A DNA stretch of 64,000 bases. Source: the human T2T-CHM13v2.0 reference genome, Homo sapiens. Shown in pieces: positions 1-11,875 of the stretch (its first letter is position 1; every line of letters begins with the position of its first letter). Made by a program: the position numbers and the translations under genes. The notes beneath the pieces are model-generated. The model saw only the letters and a list, made by a program, of their open reading frames with translations, was not told the origin of the DNA and searched no databases. The DNA is taken from the NCBI GenBank assembly GCA_009914755.4, contig CP086569.2, positions 12,992,001-13,056,000 of the forward strand. The letters are read 5' to 3'.

Positions 1-98
1 AACCAACATGGCACATGTATACCTATATAACAAACCTGCACATTGTGCACTTTTACCCTAGAACTTAAAGTATAATTATAATAAAAAAGGAAAATAAG
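1..98 (+). mobile_element. L1 (LINE-1) 3'UTR terminal fragment with A-rich tail
   Basis: Matches the canonical L1PA 3' end (...ccaacatggcacatgtatac..aacaaacctgcacattgtgcac..ccctagaacttaaagtataat) followed by ataaaaaaggaaaataag; truncated by the window start. Confidence 0.85.
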
Positions 99-1985
99 TT
101 CTTAGGTTGTCTGCTAAGGGGTGAGCACAGAGTTTATTCTATCAGTTCAACTAATAGTCAACTAATAGCTATTACTAATGCTGAGTGGGTTGAGGCATCT
201 CTTCCTTTCACCTGCTTTCCAATGAAGTCTGTGGTGTTCTTTATAATTGGCTAGCCACATGGAGGTCTATGGCCTATAAAGGGATCAATGATAATGTCCT
301 TAGAACTAGGCTATTATCCCAGACTGCCTAGACACCAATTCTTCCAGTGTCTCAAAATGAAAATGAGCACATGCTTGTAATATTCTCTGCTTTGGAACCT
401 AAAAGTTGGCTTTTGATATGGATTTTTTTAATGAAAAACTTCAGCCAAACAACTTGTAGGTTACATGTCACTTTGTAAACAAGTGTGCTAGGTGGAAGAG
501 CTGGAATTAAACAGATTCAATCCTTTATCTATGGGACATCTCAGAATTTTATAAATTCAGCTATGTCTGAGGAAACCATCAAAGCATAAACTAGAGCATT
601 GAACACAATCAGGGATGGGTCAAATGTATAAACTCTTTGATTTTGGGAAATAGCTCTATATAGCCCTCATATTATGAAGGCAAACTGTATCTAATTTGGC
701 CAAAAGTAAGTGAAAGAGCTCTCATGCTCTGATGGATGATGTAAAAGATGGCTGATGTGGAATGTGTGCAAACATCTTAAGTTCTTGGTGCTCTTCCCAA
801 CATTGTCTTCTGAGTTATGTTTAGTCTGAGACATATGATTAAACTGTTACTTTGCCTGTATACTTCTCTGTCTTGGACATATGTACCCCCAGGTGCTCTA
901 AATATGCCCAGGACAGGTGGGGAGGCCAACAACTATCTGCATTCTGCTGCCAGATTAATCTTATGAAAATACCACTTTGATCAACTTAAGGTAGGAAAAG
1001 CCCTTAATCACCCTCCTGCACCAACAGGAAGAAATAAACACTACACAATCCATCATTTAAAGCCCACGGTACTAAGGCTTCAATACCTCTTTTAAATTAT
1101 CCTCCATTTCTTTCCAAACAAATATTTCCCCAGGAAAGTTGCCTATCATTGTTTATAAAGACTGCCTCTTAACTAGACTTGGACTTGAGAAAGAGACAAG
1201 CTAAGTGAAATCAACATCTCCTTATAGGAATGCATGAACTGAATGGGCTTTTATATTCTTATAAGATTTCCCCCCCTTTTTCCCCTAAAGTTTCAATGAA
1301 TGGAAGTGAACTCCTGTGACTATCTTACCACAGCACGGAAGAATTTAATACAAAGGTTACTTGTGTTGGCTTCTCTTCAAGAGGGTTTATTGTTGAAATG
1401 TCAAAACAATTTCCTATAAGATTATTTCAGCTGGAAGTCAAGCCTTTGATGATACAATCACATTGTTGTACCTATCCAGAAGTCTCATGGCTGGGATGAG
1501 GCAAGCAGTGAGGAAGTCATGTAAAGAATCAGGGATTGTCAGTACAGTTCAGAAACAGAGAGACTCTGGAGAGCCAGAGAACATGAGTAGGAAGCTTGTA
1601 CCTATGGTTGTGAGGTCTGCAGTTGCTAACAGTCCTGAAGACAAAACCAGAGCCCACCCGTATTTTAGAACAGGAGCATCATTCATCATCAAAATATCTT
1701 CAGGTGGGGGCTAAAGTAACCCCACCTTGAATGCTAATCCACCATGTTGACTTCTGATTGACCCTAGTTCTGGGCAGGCCTCTAAGATTTCTATTCTATC
1801 TACTGTTCCTTGTGTTAAGAGAATGTCCTTGCCATAAATCCTGCCCACAAAACAATCATCCTATACACCCCTTACCCCATGGTATATAAGCCCTGGGTTA
1901 TTTGGCAGTAATGGTATAGAAATCCACTTGACCTGTCTGCCACACAAGACACAAACATGGGTTCTGTTTCTAAGTACCAATTAAG

Positions 1986-2013
1986 TGTTTTTTTGTTTGT
2001 TTGTTTGTTTTTC
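1986..2013. repeat. (GTTT)n microsatellite
   Basis: gtttttttgtttgtttgtttgttttt. Confidence 0.9.
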
Positions 2014-3132
2014 TAAGAAACTAGATGTGTCAGCTTATTTCTTTGGCATCTCAGCTTTCTTGGGCTTTTGGGGATAGGTTTGCACAGACTTGCCCATTAT
2101 GGATGAGGTGTTTGGGAACACCTCATCCCAAAATTCAAGCCAGGAGGACAAAAGGTGAAGACAGTATCAGAGATGCAAAACCCAACCACCAAACCAATAG
2201 TCTAGTCCACCAAGAGATATCCCATTAACCCACAAACCCAGAAAGGTTTAGGTAAGACATTTGGGCTGAGAGGTGAGTGTCTCATGTTAAGGTCAACTAT
2301 GTGTAATGGCACATCTGCAGAATAATGCCAGTCAAAGTGTGCACTGCCTTCTGCTCTGAAGTCCATACAGTCAGGGGACATTACATCCATTCTCTCCGTC
2401 CAATGTGAGCTGAGTTCCTCCATGATCTAACCCTATCACATCACCTTCATCTTCTTGTCTGATTGTCTGATTGTTATGAACAATCAGAACAAGCCTCATG
2501 AAGTTAATCATGGTCTATGTAGCAGCAATAGCCCCAAGCCCCAACCTCCTCCAGACCCTCCAAAACACCTAGGATGGAGACCATGAATTCTCATTAACTT
2601 ATTCCAGCAAATTCAAGATATTCCAATGGACATGCCCATCTTGAACACATGGGCAAATGAACACTGTTAGATCCTGGAGTTGTTTAGCATAAAATACAGA
2701 AAATTTGCCTTTACCTAGGAGATAGAACTTTGAAAATAAAAGGAGCTCTGAAGATGAACCAGGATTCATTCCATCATTTCTCCAAATGAGGACTCTAACA
2801 CCAACAGGGTTAACAAGTGAGTCTTGGTGATATTGCTTGATCAGAGACAAGCCAGGAGAAATTCTCCAGAAATCCTGTCAGCTCCTAAACAGCTCTTGGA
2901 GATCCAACTCTATTACACTATAGGACTGGTATTTCTTGAGGGCTGTTAGGGGGAAAGCCGATGTAACTGTTGTGGCTAACAAGCATGACTCATTGGGTGT
3001 AATCACAAAGCAATTTTATTTTGTCTCTTACTAGCTCTTTCATATATATTCACTGGGGCTTAGAGAGTAGGGAGAGTTTTGTTGGCCTCTGGAGGAAATG
3101 ACAGCCAGCCCCATAACTTTTCTTTAAGCACA

Positions 3133-3907
3133 TGCTCTCTTTCTCCCTCCCTCTTTCCTTCCTTCCCTCTCTTTCCTTTTCTCCTCTCTTTCTCCATCCC
3201 TTCCTTCCTCTGTTTATCCATTTGTTCCTCTCTGTATGGCTCTCTGTCCTTCTTTCTCTTTCTCCCTTACCCTCTTCTCTTTCTCTCTTTTACTTTCTCC
3301 TCCTCCTACTCCTTCTATCTCTCTGTCTTTCTCCTTCCTCCATTCGTATATCTCTAACTATCTCATCTCTCTCTCCCAGTCTGCACTCCCTCTCCCTTAT
3401 CTCTTCTCTCTTTCTCCATTTCTCCTTTCTATTTACCATTCCTTCCTCTTTCTCTCTCACCGTCTTTCCCTCTCTTTCTCTTCCTTACTTCTCTTTCTCC
3501 CCTCTGCTTCCTATTTTTCTTTCTTTCTCTCTCCTTCTCCTCCTTCTTTTTCTCCCCTTCCCTCCCCTCTCTCTTTCTTTGTTTGGTCCTTTTTATATTT
3601 TTCCATTTCCCCCCTTCTTATTCTCTCCTTTCCTCTCTCTTTCTTCCTCTTTTTCTCTCTTTCTGACTCTGCCTCACTCTTCCTCCCTCCTTTCATTTTT
3701 TCCTTTCTCCTTTCCTTTCCTTTTCTTCCCTTTCTCTCTCCTTCCCTCCCTTCCTTTCTTCCTTCCTTCCCTTCTTCCTTCCTTCCTCTCTCTTCTTTCA
3801 TCCCTCTGTCTTTCTCCTTTCTTCTCTCTTCCTTCCTTTCCTTGTCTCCCTCTCTCTTCCTCCATTCTTCTCTCTCCCCTTCCCTTAATTTTTTCCCTCC
3901 CTCCATA
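3133..3907 (+). repeat. Long polypyrimidine (CT-rich: TCTC/CCTT/CTTT) low-complexity tract, about 775 bp
   Basis: Essentially only C and T on the + strand for about 775 bp. The overlapping 275-280 aa ORFs (S/L/F/P-rich) are translation artefacts. Confidence 0.95.
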
Positions 3908-4850
3908 CAAAAGGTGTGTGTCCTATCAGCATCTTCCACATCCACTTGGGAATCATTAAGTCAGAGGAGGATATTAAGAGAAGGCAACTTTGAGCTTCTT
4001 TTCATTCCACCCAGTGGCATAGGCCCAAGTGCAGGAGGAGAGGAAACCTGCTTGGCTCATGTGACGAGCTCTTTCTAGTGTAACTGTAGCAATGATAGAT
4101 AGAAGTCCTTATTTCTCCCCAAGCCCCCTGTAGACATTGCAGCAGGTTCCTAACCCAGTGGGAAGGGACATGCATGACTTACTCTTCAAAGGCTTCAAAG
4201 TCATCATCTAGGAGACCCTGAGAAGGATGGGCTGAGAAACAATGAACTCTGAGCTGTTATGCAATATCAGGGTTGCTTATGTAGCCCTATGGAGGCTGCA
4301 CAAATTTCTGGCTACATTCGCCTGTGACCTTGCAGTTTTTGTCATCTTATGCTATGACTGGGGGTTGCAGCTGCTGGATGTAAGTACAGCCAAAAATACC
4401 AACATTGACACTCACAGGCCGCTGAGGACCTTAAACCATAACATCTCTGGCTGCTGGTGTAGGTATTGTGCCTTATCAAGGAAGGGGCATCATTTCAGTG
4501 GCCTGAACAGAAGTTCAACTAAGTTTCAATGGGCTAAAATAAGGGTCTCTGCAAGAATGGTTCTTCTGGATGCTCCACGAATGAATCTATTTTCTTGCTT
4601 TTTCCAGCTTCTAGAGGTTGCTGTATTCCTTGGCTTGTGGTGCCTTCTTCCTTCTTCCACCATGCCAACTTCTACTCTCCTTGTCACATCTCCTTTTTCT
4701 CTTTCTCTGAATCCAAGTCTTCCTTCTATAAGAAGCATTGAGAATACATTGAACCCACCCAAACAATCCAGAATAATCTCCCCATCTCAAGATTTTTAAC
4801 TTGATCCCATCTGCAAAGTCAGCTTTACCACATAAATCAACATATTCATT

Positions 4851-5240
4851 GGACATGGACACCTTTGGGGCCATTATCCTGTCTACCACATGAGGATTAA
4901 GATATGGACATCTCTGGGGCCATTATTCTGTCTATTACATGGGGATTAGGATGCAGACATCTTTGGAGACATTATTTTGTCCACCACATGCAGATTAGAA
5001 TGTGGACATCTTTGGGACCATTAGTCTGTCTACCACATGGGGATTAGAATGAGGACATCTCTGGAGGCATTATTCTGTCTCCGACATAAGGATTAGGATA
5101 TAGACATCTTTGGGCACAATATTCTGTCTATATGGGGATTAGAATGTGGACATTTTGGGGGCCATTTTTTTTTCTGTCTACTGCACAGGGATTAAGACAT
5201 GGACATTTTGGGGTGGCCATTATTCATCTGACCACAATGG
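4851..5240. repeat. Minisatellite, about 49-50 bp unit x about 8 copies
   Basis: Repeating unit ggacatct(c/t)tgggg(c)cattattctgtctaccacatggggattag(g/a)atg... with point-variant copies in tandem. Confidence 0.9.
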
Positions 5241-5539
5241 GAGAGTTTTCCTGCTGAGTTAGTATTCATTCCTGCATTGCAGTGAGGCTAAGACCAAGGA
5301 GATTTTTCTCTTCTAAAAATATGACCTGAAGACATCCAACTCTTTTTCCTGAGGAGCAATCTCAGATGCACCTTCAAGGAGAGCCCCAATTCCTCTCAAG
5401 CACTGATGGAGACTGCCCTAGGTGAAGGTGAAGAAAATTTGACATAGGGGAGAAAAAGAATGTCTTAATATCTGTGGTTTTTAACAAAGACAGGGTACAC
5501 ATTTTCTCTTTGTTTTTCTAACTTTAGATGAATATTAAT

Positions 5540-6135
5540 GGGATAAAAGTGCAACTTTTTTACATGCATAGATTGCATAATGATCAAGGCAGGGTTTTTA
5601 GTAATCCATTTCATTGTACCCATTAACTAATTTTTCATAATTCTCCTCCCACCTCCTTACGCTTTTGAGTCTCCATCATCTCATTCCATTCTTTTCATCC
5701 ACATATAACATATTTTAACTTCCACTTATGAGTGAGAACATGTGACATTTGTCTTTCTGGGTCTGGCTTTGTCCACTTAGGATAATGGCCTCCAGTTCCA
5801 TCCAAGTAGCTACAAAAGACATAGCTTTATTTTTCTCACGGTGGAATAGTATTCCATTTTGTGTACATGTACCATATTTACTGTATCCAATCTGCCATTG
5901 ATAGACACTTCCATTGATTCCGTATCTTTGTTATTGTGAATGGTACTGCAATAAACATACAAGCACAGGTATCTTTTTGATACAATGATTTATTTTCCTT
6001 TGGGTAGATACCCAGTCGTGGGATTGCTGGATGGAATAGTACTTTTATTTTCAGTTCTTTGAGAAATCTCCATATTGTGTTCCATAGAGGTTGTACTAAC
6101 TTACATTCACACCAGCAAAGGATACCCATTTTAGA
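5540..6135 (-). mobile_element. L1 fragment (ORF2 C-terminal region + 3'UTR), older L1P/L1M subfamily
   Basis: Minus-strand ORF 5878..6129 reads ...[25 protein letters not shown]...LGIYPKE..., the L1 ORF2 C-terminus. The flanking sequence has the ...cccacttatgagtgagaacatg... ORF2-end motif in antisense. Confidence 0.8.
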
Positions 6136-6930
6136 TGCTTAATATCCTCAGAAACTTGTTAACAAAAGGACATTCACAACCATCAAATTTGAGTATTATT
6201 CCATGACTGGATTCATGTTATCAGCAGCATTTATGCCAATATTTGGGCCTATGATCAACCTCTGATGAGTTATATCAAACTATGTTGGGATGTAACTGAT
6301 GAAGAAAATAGGATGAAAGATTAATGCTCAGCCCAGGAAGCAGTTTAGCCATGGGGTTGATTGAATTCACCATTGTGAGAGCTGCAGGTGAACTGCCCAC
6401 CTCCAGCTATAGAGAAACATAAAATGAAGATACTATTACAATTGGGAATAATTGCGCCATTGTGGTGATTTTGTCTCCTCTTCTGAGGGACCACTTGATA
6501 CCTTGTTTTACTCCTTAGGTCTCTCCTTGCCTTACCTGGACCTGTTCACTTCTGTAGACCTGGAGGTAAAGAATTTAACCTTGTTCAAGGAGAGGTGTGG
6601 GCTTTGGCCTTGGCTGGAATTTAACCTTGCTCAGAGAGAGGTCTGGGCTTTTGCATTGGCTCTAGAACTTGACATCTAAGCCTTTGGAATGGGTGCCAAA
6701 CAAAGACAGGAGTGTATTTGTTTCTGTAGGGGTGTTGGTTCACACTGGGCAGTCTAACAATGTGATTTGGAGTGAGGGTAGCCACATCCATTAGTAACAA
6801 TGGGATTCAGGTTCCATGGTATTGGTAGACCTTCAGTGAGGCTGGAGAATGATCAGCCACATAGACAATTAGTCAATCACAATGAAGCCTCTGTAAACAC
6901 TGAACCCCAAGGCTCAGGTGATATGCCCGG

Positions 6931-7328
6931 TGATATAGTTTGGATATGCTTCAAATCTCATGTTGAAATGTGATTCCCGAGGTTGGCAGTGGGACATGGT
7001 TGGAGGTGATTGGATCCTGCGGGTGGATTTTTCAGGAACGGTTTAGCACTATTCCCCTTGGTACTGTCCTTGTGATAGTGAGTGTGTCCTCATGAGATCT
7101 GGTCATTTAAAAGTGTCTAGCCCCTCCTCATTCTCTCATTCCTGCTTCCACCATGTGAGACAACTGCTCCCCCTTCACCCCTACCATGACTGAAAGCCTC
7201 CTGAGAAGCAGATGCTGGCATCCTGCTTCCTGTACAGCCTGCAGAATTGTGAGCAATTAAACCTCTTTTCTTTATAAATTACCCAGACTCCATTTATTCT
7301 TTATAACAAGGCAGGAATAGACTACTAC
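6931..7328 (+). mobile_element. MaLR solo LTR (THE1/MST-like)
   Basis: Starts tgatatagtttggatatgcttcaaatctcatgttgaaatgtgattcc and ends ...ctcttttctttataaattacccagactc...actactaca, the characteristic THE1/MST termini. Confidence 0.7.
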
Positions 7329-7743
7329 ACCCAAGTTGGCAATACTTCATGCATGTTGTCATATATTGATGCCTAGAAACCAACACTTCTCTGACTCCAA
7401 GGGGAGAGGATAATAGAAGCTCTGTTTGGTACTTGGCTTGGACCTCTATCCCATGCACCTCTTTCATTTGCTGACTGTGATCTGTCATCCTCTCACTGTA
7501 ATAAACCACAAATGTGAGTGTAACAGCTTCCAGTGAGTTCTGTCAGTCCTTCTAGGGAACTGTCAAACTTGAGGGTAGTTTTGGGAACTCCTCTCAACCT
7601 GCAACTGGTGTCCAAAGTGAGAGTGGTCTTGTGGAAGAGCCCCCTCCTCTGAGAGCTCACTTTCTTGCTTGTTTTACTGGCCTTATGATATCTCTCTGCC
7701 TTGGCTGACCCAAGTAGTGTGTTAGTCCTTCAGAAGGACAGCC

Positions 7744-8040
7744 GTCTAGGGAAGGTGGTTCACACCTATAATCCCAGCATTTTGGAAGGCCAAAGTGGGA
7801 GGATCACCAGAGCTCAGGAGTTCGAGACCATCCTGAGCAATATAGTGAAACCCTGTCTCTACAAAAATAAAAATAAAAATATTAGCCAGGCATGATTGCA
7901 CACACCTGTAGTCCCAGTTACTTGGGAGGCTGAGGTGGAAGGATCACTTGAGCCCATGAGTTTGAGTCTGCAGTGACCTATGATTACACCACTGTACTCC
8001 AGCCTGGGTGACAACAGAGTGAAACCATCTCTAAGACATA
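7744..8040 (+). mobile_element. Alu element (AluS-like)
   Basis: ggtggttcacacctataatcccagcattttggaaggccaaagtgggaggatcacc...ccactgtactccagcctgggtgacaacagagtgaaaccatctc; its tail merges into the GA-rich tract. Confidence 0.9.
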
Positions 8041-8499
8041 AAGAAAGAACTAAAAGAGAAAAGAAAAGAAGGAAGGCAGGAAGGAAGGAAGAAAGGAAGG
8101 AAGGAAGGAGTGAGGGAGGGAGGGAGGGAGGGAAAAAAGAAAGAAGGGAGAGAGAGGGAGAAAGAGAAGGAAGGAGAGTAGGAAAAAGGAAGGAAGGAAT
8201 GAAGAGAGGAAAGAAGAGAAAGAAGAAAGAATGAAGGAAGATAAAAAGACAGAAAGAAGGGAGAGAGGGAGGGAGGGAAGGAAAGTACAAAAAAGAAGGA
8301 AGAAAGAAGGAAGGAAGGAAGGAAAAAAGAGAAAAAGAAAGACAGAAAGAAAGAGAGAAAGAAAGGAGAGAGGAAGGAAGGAAGGAAGGAAGGAAGGAAG
8401 GAAGGAAGACAGAGAAAAAAAGAAAGAAACAAACAAACAAAGAGAAAGAAAAAAGAGAGAAAGAAAGAGAGAAAGAAAGAAAGGAAAAGAAAGAAAGAG

Positions 8500-8546
<47 letters not shown>

Positions 8547-8620
8547 GAAAGAAAGAAGGAAGGAAAGGAAGGAAGGAAGGAAAGGAAGGAAGGAAGGAAA
8601 GAAAGAAAGAGGGGGAACAG
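8041..8620 (+). repeat. Polypurine (GAAA/GGAA/GGGA)n tract, about 580 bp
   Basis: Only A/G for about 580 bp immediately 3' of the Alu, probably an expanded Alu A-tail. The K/E/R-rich ORFs here are artefacts. Confidence 0.95.
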
Positions 8621-9340
8621 AGAAGTCCATCATGGTGTGTTTGCAAGCCCTTTGCTTTTCTACCTGCCCTGTCTGTCTTTAATGAAATAACTCTTTTGGT
8701 CAGGATCTGAGCCATGAGTATGCTGCAGTTAGCTAAACCAAGACTTCCCTTCCACATTGTGCTGGCAGCGATCCCACAGACGACTGTGGGGCCCAAGAAA
8801 GACAGGTGAGTTAATATCACTCTCTATCCTTACCAGGAACCAGGGCCTGATACAGGCATCAGCTCTGGAGGTTCAGGCAGAATACTTTGCCAAGAGAAAT
8901 CACACCTAGAATTTGGCCTGGAAAACCTCTATACTTGTTTCTGACTCTTTGAATGTTATCATGAAAATATTTTCTAGCCATATTCCAACAATAGAATATT
9001 ATCCAGCCTTAAAAAAGAAAGAAGCTTTGACACACACTGCAGTGTGGATGAACCTTGAAAACACTAAGCTCAGTGAAAGAAACTCTTCACCAAGGACCAC
9101 ATATGGTATGATTCCATTGATAGGAAATGTTCAGAATAAGCAAATCCATAGACAGAAAGCAGATTAGTAGTTGCCAAGGGATGTGGGATCAGGAGTAATT
9201 GGAGAAATTGCAAGGATAGCTAAAGAGTGTGGAATTTCTTGTTGAATTGATGAGAATGTTCTAAAGTTGATTGTGGTGATTGCTGCACAGCTATGAACGT
9301 CCTAAAAATGATTGCTTTGTATACTTTAAATGGGAGAACT

Positions 9341-9603
9341 GGGCCGGATGTGGTAGCTCACACCTGTAATCCCCGTACTTTGGGAGGCTGAGGTGGGAGG
9401 ATCACCTGAGCCCAGGAGTTTAAGGCCAGCCGGGGCAATATAGCAAGACCCAAAAACAACAAAATTAGGCAAGCATGCTGGCACATGCTGGTAGTTCCAG
9501 CTTCTTGGTAGGCTGAGGTGGGGGGATCACTTCAGTCCAGGATGTTGAGGCTGCAGTGAGCCATAATCGTGCCACTGCCCTCTAGCCTGGATGACAGAGT
9601 AAG
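9341..9603 (+). mobile_element. Alu element lacking an A-tail (abutted by L1)
   Basis: gggccggatgtggtagctcacacctgtaatcccc...cactgccctctagcctggatgacagagtaag, then directly L1 sequence. Confidence 0.85.
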
Positions 9604-9846
9604 AACACATGGACATAGGAAGGGGAACATCACACACCGAAGCCTGTTGTGGTGTGGGGAGAGGGGGGAGGGATAGCATTAGGAGATATATCTAATGTTA
9701 AATGACAAGTTAATGGGTGCAGCACACCAGCATGGCACATGTATACATAGGTAACAAACCTGCACATTGTGCACATGTACCCTAAAACTTAAAGTATAAT
9801 AAAAAATAAAAATAAAAAATAAAATAAAATAAAAATAAGAAATAAA
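9604..9846 (+). mobile_element. L1PA 3' end fragment with A-rich tail
   Basis: aacacatggacataggaaggggaacatcacac...gggagggatagcattaggagatat...gggtgcagcacaccagcatggcacatgtatacat...cctaaaacttaaagtataataaaaaataaaaataaaa. Confidence 0.9.
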
Positions 9847-10892
9847 TGGGTGAATTGTGTGGTATGCAAATTATATCCCAAAATAGCTGTTTCAAAAAAA
9901 AACATAATGAGCCTTTCTTCTCCTCTGTCCATACTAGTTACTGAGCCCTATCTGTCTCTGGACATCAGACGCCACATCTCTCCTCCTAGGTGCTCTCACA
10001 CACTGCAATTTTCTGCCACAAACCACAAAACTGCCTAGGATTGCCAAATGTATGCTCATTTATACATAATTTACACTCCATGTACTTCCACATAGAATCA
10101 AAGGATTTGATGTGGCTTATAATAAAATCACATGAACATACGGTTGCTAAAACTAAGTGTCAAGAAACACCACAAAGCAGGTATGAAAAAAGAGAGACAA
10201 TTTTTTTCTGGAGCCTAAAGAAATTCTCATCATAATCTTCTAAGCCTCCTAAAACTACAAACCTGAAAATCCCCTGGTTCTTCCCATATTATTGAGGTTT
10301 ACAGATGTTTCCTTGAGATATCAAGGACACTGTGCTTCCCATTGCAAAATGTTTAAAATTTCCGCAAAGCTGACCTGTATATTTACATAGTAAAAAATAT
10401 TTAACACCCTTTATGTCCTTCCCTGGAATAAAATCTCACAACTCCCTCTAACTTGTGGAATTAAATGCAAGTTCATGCAAGAAATGAATTCCAAATGAAT
10501 CTTGGAAATTATCAATGATTTAACTTTAATCATTAAAGTTAAAAACTTTTAATATCTTAAAAGTTATTAAACATGCCTTCATGTCGCAGCTGTGAATCTT
10601 CTTGTTACAAAATTATCAATGATTTATAACAATGCATCTTGAAAGTTATTTAATGCATGCCTTCATGTTGCAGCTGAAAAAAAATGATGCCAACAGAAAT
10701 GACTTTCATAAAGACAGATAGCTAACAAAATACAGAGCAGAGATATCAGCCTGGATCTACCACACTTTCACTACATCCTTGTGAGTTATTTCAACTTGAC
10801 ACCAAACATTTTCTAACTTGAGTGAAGACTACATTAGAAATAATGCTTAAAGAGCATTTAAAAGCAAATTCAATTATGTTATTTGTGTCCAT

Positions 10893-11080
10893 TTACGGGG
10901 TACAATGCAATTTTCTTACAGGCATAGATTGCATAGTGGTGAAGTCAAGGCTTTTAGGGCATCCATCATGTGAGTAATGTACTTCGCACCCATTAAGTCA
11001 TTTCTCATGCATCCTATCTTCCCACTCCTTCACCTTTCTCAGCACTTGTCATCATAGCTAACAATTTAATTTTTGTTTAA
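10893..11080 (-). mobile_element. L1 3' fragment, older subfamily (antisense)
   Basis: tttacggggtacaatgcaattttcttacaggcatagattgcatagtggtgaagtcaaggcttttagggcatcc..., the reverse complement of the L1 3'UTR region. Confidence 0.7.
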
Positions 11081-11194
11081 TGGAGATTGTTTGGTCAGTC
11101 CCAGGCATATAATAAGAAATATTTGTCCTAATTTTGATAATATAAAGCAGTCATGGTTTAAGACCTGCTTCTTAGTTTTTTCAGCTACTATAGC

Positions 11195-11470
11195 AGATTA
11201 TCATAAACTGAGTTGCTTATAAACAGAAATATATTGCTTACAGTTATAGAAGCTGGGAAGTCCAAGATCAAGGTGTGGCAGATTCAGTGTCTGGTGGGGA
11301 CCCACTTCCTGGTTCATAGATGGCACCTTCTTGCTGTGACGTCACATGGTGGAAGGAGTGAGGGAGCTCTCTGGGGTCCCTTTTATAAAGACACTAGTCC
11401 CATTCATGAGGCTACACCACCTTATGAGTCTCAGAGGACTCAACCATAACACCATACTTGGCCAATAACT
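11195..11470 (-). mobile_element. Ancient MaLR-like LTR remnant (MLT/MST-type)
   Basis: ttataaacagaaat...ctgggaagtccaagatcaaggtg...cacatggtggaagg...tttataaagacactagtcccattcatgagg..., the MaLR structural motif set. Confidence 0.45.
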
Positions 11471-11574
11471 TAGACTTATCTTTTGCTGGTGAGGGTACTA
11501 CTTTTGTTTGCTACAGTTGCTTCAAAGTTTCACAGACTTGGAGGCTTAAAAATCAGAAATATGTCTTTTTATGT

Positions 11575-11875
11575 ATCTGAAGGCTGGAAATCTGAGATCA
11601 AGGTGTAGGCAGAGCTGGTTGCTCTTGAAACCTCTCACCTCAGCTTGCAGACATAATCTTTTCCATGTGTCTTCACGTGGTTGTCCCTCTATGTGTGCCT
11701 TTGTCATTTCCTTTTCTTATAAGGATACCAGTTCTATTGGATCAGGGCCCACTCTAGTGACCTCATTTTACTCTAAGTACCTCTTGAAAGACCCTGTGTT
11801 CAAATGCAGTCATTTCAGTCATAGCATCTTGAACCGTATCTTTAAATCAGGTCCTGGGGTTTAGGCTTCAATGTA
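11575..11875 (-). mobile_element. Ancient LTR-like remnant (related motif set)
   Basis: ggctggaaatctgagatcaaggtgtaggcag...cttataaggataccagttctattggatcagggcccactc... Confidence 0.35.

Noticed and set aside
3132-4078. Long + strand ORFs of 275-280 aa (MLSFSLPLSFLPSLSF..., MALCPSFSFSLTLF...), and the 92-aa ORF at 3079
   Set aside because: These are translations of the polypyrimidine tract (S/L/F/P only). Three overlapping frames are all open simply because CT-rich DNA lacks stop codons. There is no start context, no domain and no complexity.
4851-5240. A regularly spaced direct-repeat array, considered as a possible CRISPR-like array
   Set aside because: Units are contiguous (about 49 bp, no unique spacers) with graded point variants, i.e. 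a eukaryotic minisatellite. The surrounding sequence is primate DNA with Alu and L1, so a CRISPR interpretation is not tenable.
7859-8820. ORFs of 159-256 aa overlapping 8041-8620 on both strands
   Set aside because: Translations of the (GAAA/GGAA)n tract derived from the Alu tail. Part of the 256-aa frame simply reads back through the Alu.
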